DNA of 20,000 nt from Paraglomus brasilianum (Eukaryota): NCBI GenBank assembly GCA_910592345.1, contig CAJVPI010000053.1:45851-65850 (forward strand). Reading direction: 5' to 3'. This document shows positions 12,601 to 20,000 of this stretch, piece by piece. A program made the translations under genes and the position numbers. The notes below the pieces were generated by a model that saw only the letters and a program-made list of their open reading frames with translations, did not search any database and was not told the DNA's origin. Numbering within the stretch: position 1 is the first letter of the stretch; each line of letters begins with the position of its first letter.

Positions 12601-13277
12601 ACTCTGTAGTCAACTTTTGTGTATTATGAGAGACGTCTTGAGCAGCCTGGCTTGTATGAGATCCAAACTGACGTTTGTCTAATTGTGCCTGTCGTAGCAT
12701 TGAAGCTGATGGCTGGTTGGACTCGGGCGTATCAGAGAGTTTGTCCGTCTTTGCGAATTGCAATAGACCGTTGATATCAGGAACTTCGAGAGTATCATAT
12801 TCATCATCGATACTACATTCCTGCATTCGTTTTTATTTATCAGCTACGTAGTAACGTTTATCAAGTCGAGCATATATTTTTATATAATATACACACCATC
12901 TGCCCAACAACATCCATATCCAACCCTGACTTTACTTCTTTGATAAAGCTTCTCACGCCTTCCTTTTCCTTACTTTTCAATACCCTGTCCACTTCACCAT
13001 TAATAATCTTATCCATTCCATTTTTGCTATCGATCCAGCATTCATCATACAATTGCCAAACTTTATCGGCCATCTCTTCGCTATCAAGATGCTCCACAAA
13101 AGAATTGGGAGTATCACTTGAGAGAAGCATCAAAGCATCACGATAATTAGACGCTGCCAGTCGCATGTAAGCAGAAGACGAAGAATCATTAGAGGAGGAG
13201 GCCAGAGCACGATATTTTTCTGCAGAAAAAAGGCGCGTTTGAAAATAATTGAGCTTATATTGGCGCTCTGTATTCAT
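9661..13277 (-). CDS. FIGNL1: Fidgetin-like protein 1, AAA+ ATPase (~21 exons; first 13277-12897, 12820-12377, 12301-12209, 12119-11932, 11809-11710; last 9734-9661)
   Basis: Spliced translation gives [107 protein letters not shown], Walker [45 protein letters not shown] and the Vps4_C-like end [26 protein letters not shown] and FVSP motifs lie upstream of the AAA domain. N-terminal exon borders are less certain. Confidence 0.92.
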
Positions 13278-13324
13278 AATAATGCTTTATTTAAAAATTA
13301 GCGAGGGATTATGGTGATTTTATC

Positions 13325-13600
13325 TTCGCGTTCGGAGAATTTATGTCACGTGACGTTGGTTACACGTACGCGATAAAACATAAATTTCTTAACACGTTTA
13401 ATGTTAACAATATTAATATTGCGCCAATATCGACACACTGTAGTTCCAATAGCAGCAAATTGGGCACGGAAATTAGAGCCCAGGCATAGTCCAACACAGT
13501 ATACCGTTTAATTCTAAAATAATCCATTACAAGATATTGACTAAGGCAATGGTAATATAGAAACACCTGGATATTATGCGCTTTCATATTTCTTACGCGT
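13325..13600. promoter_or_regulatory. Candidate FIGNL1 upstream elements: palindromic E-box GTCACGTGAC (13345-13354) and CGCG/MCB-like sites (TTCGCGTT 13325, TACGCGAT ~13367, ACGCGT 13595-13600)
   Basis: Motifs read directly, 50-320 bp upstream of the ATG at 13277 in otherwise AT-rich DNA. Function is inferred from fungal bHLH and MBF/E2F-type site consensus. Confidence 0.35.
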
Positions 13601-13808
13601 ATTTGATACATAAATGTCTCGCCATTCACTATTTCTTGTTTTATATTTTTCTAACGTATTCTTCATTTATTTTCCGCTGAAATCTCCAACGGGGTCGCTA
13701 CAAATTTTTAGTATCCGGAACATACGATTATTTTTACTCTAACTGGCTAGGAAAAAAAATCCCAACTTCCAATAATTAGTTGTAAAATATTAAAGTTTTA
13801 GCTTTCGA

Positions 13809-16800
13809 CTATTCCCACAAATCCGCAGCTCTTGGGCGATTTCTAATCGGACGAGTATTACTGTCAAGCGCTTTCCCGTTTTCGTCTAACGTTGTGCTTC
13901 TCCTTTCGCCTCCGTCTTGCTGTCGTGTTACTTCCTTGCCTTTATCTTTCTCATCTCGCTCGTGACGGCTTTTTGCATCATCCACACTTCTGCCGTCCTT
14001 TAACTTCTTCACTTTAGAATGCGCCCCATCACCATAATCCAGACTACGTTTATCCTTTTTCGATTTATCATTATCGTCTTCATCTCGGCGGTTTCTCTTC
14101 TTATCCTTTCGGTGTCGCCGTTCATCGTCACTTCGATCCCTGGCGTAGTCTTGTCGGTGTTTTGATCTAGATTTCTTTGAACGCCTCTTCTTCTTCTTAG
14201 TGCTCTTTTTGGATGACGACGAGCTTTTATGATCATGATGACGATGCTTATGGCGACGAGATCTTTTCGTATCAGATTCTGGAGATGACGATGATGATTC
14301 ACCGGATGACGTGGCGTCATCTTCACTTGCATCGGGTGTTCGCTTACGCTTTGGAGATTGTGGCTTTTGTTCATCCCGGGAGACTACTGAAACAAGAAGT
14401 ATTGAAAGGGAGAAGAATTAGCCAAAAAATTTATGATGCCCTTGACGAAATTGAAAATCACACCGACGTCCTGGACCGAAAAAGTTCTCAATATTAATAT
14501 TACTTTGCTTTATTATATTATCTTCACTTTCGTCGGGTATTCGCTTACGCTTTGGAGATTGTGGCTTTTGTTCATCCTGGGATAATACTGAAACACAAAG
14601 TATTGAAAGGGAAAAGAATTAGCCAAAAAATTTACAATGCTCTTGACAAAATTGAGAATCACTAAACCTCAATATTATTATACAGTGTGACACAAAATTA
14701 TTGATAAAAAAAATAATAACACGATTCAAAAAATCTTATGAAAAAAAAAGAAGTTAAAACCAAATATTCCAGAGGTCAATAATTTGATGGGCAGCGGACG
14801 TTGGTTTTAGCAAGATAGTTATTCTAAGAATATGACCCGACTTGCCCCAAATTATAAAAATGTTCCCAAGTTATTGACTGCCCTGGTCATGATCTTAATC
14901 CATTAAACGTTCCTGGAATATTTGTTTTTTGAAAAAATAATAAACTACGTATGCTAAAGAATAATGATAAATGGGCCGAGTTTTATAATGGAATAGAGTT
15001 TAATTCCAAAACTATGCCAATTAAATTTAGTTAGTCTATAAAGGTAGAGTAGAGGTAAGCTCGTAATAAAAGAGAACAAATTCCATATTAAAAAGTTTTC
15101 ATAAGATATCAAACAACATATTACCGACAACAATTGGTGCAGTTGTTAACTAGCAATAGTCTCTTCTTTTAAATCAATAATTTCGTGTCACACTGTATTA
15201 TCTTCGGGTGTTCGCTTACACTTAGGAGATTGTGGCTTTTGTTCATCTTGGGATAACACTGAAAAAGAAGTATTGGATGGGAAAAGAATTAGCCAAAAAA
15301 ATTACAATGCTCTTGGAAAAAATTGAAAATCACCCCGACGTCATAGACCAGCAAAGTTCTCAATATTACTTTGCATTATTATATTATCAAACGTTTCCTT
15401 GTTCAATACATCTCGTTGACCCTTCTCCGTCTTGCCAGTGGATTTCTCTGCTTTGTAGTGCGGATGGGGATTCGCAACATTGAACCGTTTGCATAATAGT
15501 CGGTTAGGATAAAAGTCTACCTTCGTACGCGTCAACGGCCCAAACATGTTCATTCTGGCCGCAGATTCTGCTGTGGAGGTTATTGCAGATTCTGTTTCCG
15601 ATTTCTGAATCTTCACTTCTGGAATTATCGGCTTAACATTCAAACCGCCTTCAGGCTTACTTAATTCGTGACCAGTCAAAGAACCTCCACTGACAAAACG
15701 CGAGGAAATCATGCTGGGCCCCTTGAGAAAAACATTGGCTTTTTTGGTTATCTGGTTTGTATTGGTTTCTCTGGTGATCTGTGGGTCCTTATTATCATCG
15801 GGTTCCTTAGGAAGATCGTGTTCTTGTTCGTCAGTCTCCGTAGCTGGTCCAGGCGTATCAAAGATATGAAATGGCGTGAATCCTGCCGGCAAATCCGGTG
15901 GGGAGAACCTGGTTCATTATATTATCAAGTGTTGTCATCACAAGCATAAACGAGTCCATATGGAACTCTGAAGAGGTGGAGACTTCATACATACCATTTA
16001 TCCAAAGGCACAGGCCTGCGAGCTAAGATAAACCCCACAAGCGGCAGCTTGTTATCACGACAGATGCCACGATCTCTCTATAAGGAAACGTTCAATTTGT
16101 GATAATAGTGTAGTTAGTAACATTGAAAATAACCAATTTATACACACTTTCTTATTAAATTATCATACCTTCGATAAAGTATTGCTAGCGCTATGTTGCT
16201 TTGTTTTCGTTTCTTTTCTGCCCATCACAAATGTGTCTTCGTCTTCATCTACCAACGACCTGAGATAATCGGATATTGATGGTCCATCGTAAATATAGTC
16301 TTCATCCTCATCTTCTAAAGCACCCACACCAATTCCACCTGAAACAAAGACGGGACCAGATTAACAAACAAAAAAGGCTTCTCATCAATCAACATTGCAT
16401 TTTGTACTAACCTCTCATAGGTAACGAGTCTTTATGGCTCTTTTGGAGATAAGTGTCACCCACACCTACAGCAGAATAGATGGAATTAATTTGGTTACAA
16501 ACTTTGACGAGGGCATTTTTCTTACCTTTGCTTTTATCCTGCTTTCTGTGGAATTCTGGTGCGTTCTCGTATGGATCAAATCCAAGACCGAAATTATTAT
16601 TCTTCTGATTAAATTGAATTAGCTGGGTATCCTTGGGAGCAAACGTAATATCTGAGGTATATGTACTATCAACATCAGACCCGCTCTCACCTAATTAACA
16701 AGCGATTAATTTGTTAAATACCATCATCTATTAGCAAGTAGAAACGGGTACGCAACCTACCATCTTCCTTTCTTGAACGAGCAGGGACGCGCGGTCCTAC

Positions 16801-17709
16801 TCCTTGGCCTTCACGCCATCCCATTTGTTTCAATAATCTTATGCCTTTGTACAAGATCTTTGTATCAGTAATCAAGCATGGCACGGATCACTTCTAACAA
16901 GCCGATAAACTGGTTCAGTCATACCTATTGGCTCTCTGTTCGGCATGACCAGATCGTCAATAAACCTGTCTGGCAATACACCTAATACACTGGGTGGAAA
17001 CAATATATGTGTTAGAATCCTCTGGAACAAATACTGGTGATGGGTTTTACGTATTCACCTTCCACTTTCGTTCATCGCCGTCGCAATGGCACGCTTTCGA
17101 GCAAGATCACGCGCCGTAGATCCAAATGCATCAAAGTCTTCTGTTGTGACTAATTTTTGAGTTTGCCCAAGTTCCTAGAAAGATCTCAATACAATAAATA
17201 TGATACGTTCTTTGGCGATAACTTCCCTTTTAAAACACATACCTCAAGATCTTCTTCGTCCATAAAATCCTCTGGCTTGGATTCTTTTCGATCAATTCTC
17301 TTTCCACGAGACGATACAAAAGAAGTAGGCGTCCATCCTTCCCAAAATAATGGTATGTAGTTTACAATCCAAATAGAAAAAAGAAGCATTTTCAGTACTA
17401 TACCTTCTTTAGATCCAACGGTGTTGAAGTAACCAGCAGACCAGCCGCCTTTGAAGGCTCCATGAAGTCTTCTCAATCCTCTTTCATCACGCACCTTTTA
17501 GAACAAAGTAAGATATACCTTATCTATTTGTTGCGAAATAGGTGACACGCAGTAAACGTACGTACTTCTTGTTTCCATACAGGTTGGTATTTCCCTTTAT
17601 CCTTGTCCTCAGAATTTACATTAGGAAGGGAAGTACCATAAGTGACAAATGATCCACTTTCGTATTCTTCTTCGTCGCCTGTATCGTTTCTGAACTTTCT
17701 TTTTGACAT
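13809..17709 (-). CDS. GPATCH1: G-patch domain-containing protein 1-like (DUF1604 + G-patch; spliceosome-associated). Exons 17709-17566, 17494-17404, 17337-17243, 17174-17059, 16989-16925, 16844-16761, 16690-16526, 16465-16412, 16338-16169, 16077-15995, 15908-15370, (14587-14504), 14386-13809
   Basis: [57 protein letters not shown] (DUF1604); G-patch [72 protein letters not shown]; and a K/R/S-rich tail ending RPRAADLWE*. All introns are GT-AG and phase-compatible. Confidence 0.9.
14319..15388. repeat. Three diverged tandem copies of a ~190-200 bp unit (14319-14519; 14520-14682 interrupted by TE; 15200-15385) inside GPATCH1
   Basis: The shared core TCGGGT.TTCGCTTAC.CTT.GGAGATTGTGGCTTTTGTTCATC...ACTGAAA...AGTATTG...GAATTAGCCAAAAAA.TTA..ATGC.CTTG..AAATTGA.AATCAC occurs three times with scattered substitutions and indels. 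Confidence 0.95.
14683..15195 (+). mobile_element. 513-bp non-autonomous Tc1/mariner deletion derivative (MITE-like) with TIRs and TA target-site duplication
   Basis: Left TIR CAGTGTGACACAAAATTATTGAT matches the reverse complement of the right end (CAGTGTGACACGAAATTATTGAT) at 22/23. TA flanks both sides (14681-14682, 15196-15197). Decayed transposase traces inside: [15 protein letters not shown] and [12 protein letters not shown], resembling QQDNDPKH and WP..SPDLNPIE. Confidence 0.92.
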
Positions 17710-17831
17710 TAGTTTGCTCTGTTTGTGTCCACGAGATCTTCAATTGATTTCTGTTTGCTGATCTGCAAACTTCAGTCCTGATATGGATAATTCGAAAGAA
17801 TGCTCACATACATATTTTGTAAGTCGCGGAT

Positions 17832-17847
17832 TATGACGTACGTCATA
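17832..17847. promoter_or_regulatory. Perfect 16-bp palindrome TATGACGTACGTCATA (two inverted TGACG CRE-like half-sites) ~120 bp upstream of GPATCH1 ATG
   Basis: Palindrome read directly; a bZIP-site role is inference. Confidence 0.35.
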
Positions 17848-19100
17848 GTAATATTTATTATGTATAACTGACATCGTTGTTCCTCATCTAAATATTCACT
17901 TATGAAAGATACAAGAGAAATGAAAGTATACATCCAAAATTTAGCACCAATGTTGCGTTAGTATTAGATATCTTCAAAGAAATAATCATATAATTCTAAG
18001 CAATGCATTTGTGAGGATAGTTTCCCATTTTGTAAAGCTGGCCATAAACTGTCAGAGATAATGTTCAGTGTTCTATGTAACAATTGAAGCTATTGACATA
18101 TGTCAGTTTGAATTATGACAGATTAGGATTTACATCCATTCCGAACTATATTCTACCTCAATTTGCCTTATCACTGTGTCAAGTTCTTGCTTATGTTGTA
18201 TGCACAACAATACTTTATCATCTAATTGTACAAGAGACACTGTTGATGGGCTATGATACTATATATACGTGTACTTGAGAATCATTCTACCGTTTGAGCG
18301 AGTGCGCAATTGCAATTGTTAGGTAGTAGTAGCTTGCTATATTACTTTTATGATTCTGTTCTCGAGTTAGCTTGGGATTCTACCGTCGAGAATAATATAT
18401 TCAATGTTACGCAGAGAATCACTATTACCAAGACTAAATATCAGAGACAGAGTAAACGAATGATGCTACACAGAGTATGAACTCAGTCGTTTGCTATTTA
18501 CTTCGGAATTATTTGATTGGTCAAAAATTCACGTATTCTGCGGCACATCTGTATTACTTAGATTTCGTTGATTAGTTGAATAAACAGTTTGAGAGGGCTA
18601 AAGTTCCTATAAAAGACCTTTTCCCTTGACGGAAAAGTAAGTTGGTTACTGCTGAAGGGTAAAACTAAAGCAGAAATACTTACCTGGGGTGGTTCATCTC
18701 TTGTAATAAAATATTCAACCTTTTTTGATCGATTTAATAAAGCTAATGAAAATAGTATACAGTATCAGGAACCGCTTCTGCACGGGTTAGCTCAGTAAAT
18801 AGCATATTAATCATATAACTTTAACAAAAAAATATGTCTAACGCTTTTCTTATGTGAACGCGACGGGCTAAACATGAGAGTTCTTCTCATGGGCTAGTAT
18901 TACCCACCGATCCGAAGCATAACCCAATGAGTGCAGAGTAATTAAAATTTCGCAAGGCGTTACGTTAAACTCTGTATAGTTCAGTGTTTGAGATATTAAC
19001 TCTTCGCAAGGTGTCGAGCGTAATCTCATTACAACTGAATACAAGTAACTCATAAAATCGATTAAAGATGTTGAGAAATGCATTGTGGCAAGATTAAAAC

Positions 19101-19423
19101 TTGAATCCGATCGAACATGTATGGTTAGAATCGGAACGTTGGCATCAAAAGTCAAAATAAAATAAAATAAAATAAAATAAAATAAAATAAAATAAAAAAA
19201 AATAAAATAAAATAAAATAAAATTAAAGACTTTATAGGAACTGCTTTACTAGAGGAATGGATCAAAATTTCGGAATGTGTACATGTGAATTTAGTTAAAA
19301 GCGTGCCAAGAAGAATTGAAGCTGTATCGCGATAACGGGTGGCCAACCAAATATCAAATTTGTAATAGATTACTAGAAAGTTGTTCTACAAATTTTTATT
19401 AAATTACTTATTTCATGGAAGTG
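19101..19423 (+). mobile_element. Tc1/mariner relic (catalytic-Glu region to right end), interrupted by a microsatellite
   Basis: LNPIEHVWLESER (DLNPIE.W motif) at 19101. After the repeat it reads GTALLEEWIKISECVHVNLVKSVPRRIEAV/RDNGWPTKY. TIR-like end ACTTATTTCATGGAAGTG-TA (TA 19424-19425). Confidence 0.85.
19154..19223 (+). repeat. (AAAAT)n microsatellite, 8 units + A-run + 4 units
   Basis: Read directly; it explains the spurious FYFILF ORF on the minus strand. Confidence 0.95.
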
Positions 19424-19759
19424 TATGTTGGGAAGAGAGAAGCAACTTGTAATTCGTATTCAGGAGTCAAAGAGTTTTACTGTTCTATAGAATTATGAAG
19501 ATAGCATGCCTTATGTATTACATCAATAAGTGTAAATAATTCGTGTGCGTCATGTTAGGTTACTTTCGGAATTTCGTAAGTTAGTACTATCGTAAGTCCT
19601 GTCACGTCACATGTAGAAAACTACAAGGAGACCATCTAAAGTCATATATCCTATCGTATTCTAGGCAAAGACTATGGAGTAGGAAAATCGACGATACAGG
19701 ATGTTATTTCTCAATCTAGAGAAATGGTTAGCTATTGACACTAACGTGACTTCTACCTC

Positions 19760-20000
19760 CGACATGGCCAAACTTAGGCATTATATCAAATGTAGAATTT
19801 ATTGCTGTTGACGGTATGGAGAATTTAAATGACGTCGATATCATTCAAGATGTTCTAAATCAACAAACTCGAATCAGAAGATAATTCCGATACAGAAGAG
19901 ATAAAAATTCGTTTAAAGAAGGTGAAGATGCATTAAGAAAGTCTTTATCGTTTCTTGAACAACAGGATAACGATAACATTAATATTCGTGTAGATGATTT
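19760..20000 (+). mobile_element. Probable pogo/Tigger (CENP-B-like DDE_1) transposase C-terminal relic, frameshifted, runs off right edge
   Basis: Across frames it reads VEFIAVDGMENLNDVDIIQDVLNQQ / ESEDNSDTEE / SFKEGEDALRKSLSFLEQQD. This matches the acidic linker plus 'eA..al.....FleQ' helix pattern at the end of Tigger/pogo proteins (motif recall). Confidence 0.55.

Noticed and set aside
13360..13629. 89-aa minus-strand ORF between GPATCH1 and FIGNL1
   Set aside because: GTG start, no motif, and lies in the expected FIGNL1 promoter region.
14319..15388. Interspersed repeats as a CRISPR-like array
   Set aside because: Units are ~200 bp, contiguous and diverged, with no unique spacers or cas genes, in a eukaryotic context.
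14213..15483. Similar plus-strand ORFs 14213-14497 and 15232-15483 suggesting a duplicated small gene
   Set aside because: They are antisense readings of the triplicated GPATCH1 intron-exon unit.
1..17709. BTB, FMO, FIGNL1 and GPATCH1 as a functional gene cluster
   Set aside because: Unrelated functions, separated by TE debris, with no evidence of co-regulation or a biosynthetic core gene.
18676..18687. ATACTTACCTGG, identical to the 5' end of U1 snRNA
   Set aside because: No U1-70K loop (GATCACGAA-like), U1A loop (ATTGCAC) or stem structure follows. It is better explained as a minus-strand 5' splice site CCAG|GTAAGTAT of a decayed gene fragment with in-frame stops.
19152..19346. ORF with hydrophobic FYFILF repeats resembling a membrane peptide
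   Set aside because: Artefact of the (AAAAT)n microsatellite, antisense to a Tc1 relic.

Overview
AT-rich, intron-rich eukaryotic DNA. The short GT-AG introns, a BTB-BACK(-TLDc)-type gene, a REase-like relic and many Tc1/pogo relics suggest an early-diverging fungus, probably Glomeromycotina; this is inference from gene content, not a search. Four spliced genes can be reconstructed by hand: a BTB/POZ-BACK protein (-, runs off the left edge), a 9-exon flavin-containing monooxygenase (+), a ~21-exon Fidgetin-like 1 AAA ATPase (-) and a GPATCH1-like G-patch protein (-). Between them lie a frameshifted PD-(D/E)XK-like pseudogene, at least four Tc1/mariner relics, a pogo/Tigger relic and an (AAAAT)n microsatellite. 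No convincing new multi-gene system was found. The most unusual structure is in the 3' part of the GPATCH1 gene: a ~200-bp intron-plus-flanks unit is tandemly triplicated. This created one new in-frame 84-nt exon and a second copy that lost its donor and carries a 513-bp Tc1-type element with TIRs and TA target duplications. The FIGNL1 gene keeps both RAD51-binding motifs and needs a GC-AG intron.
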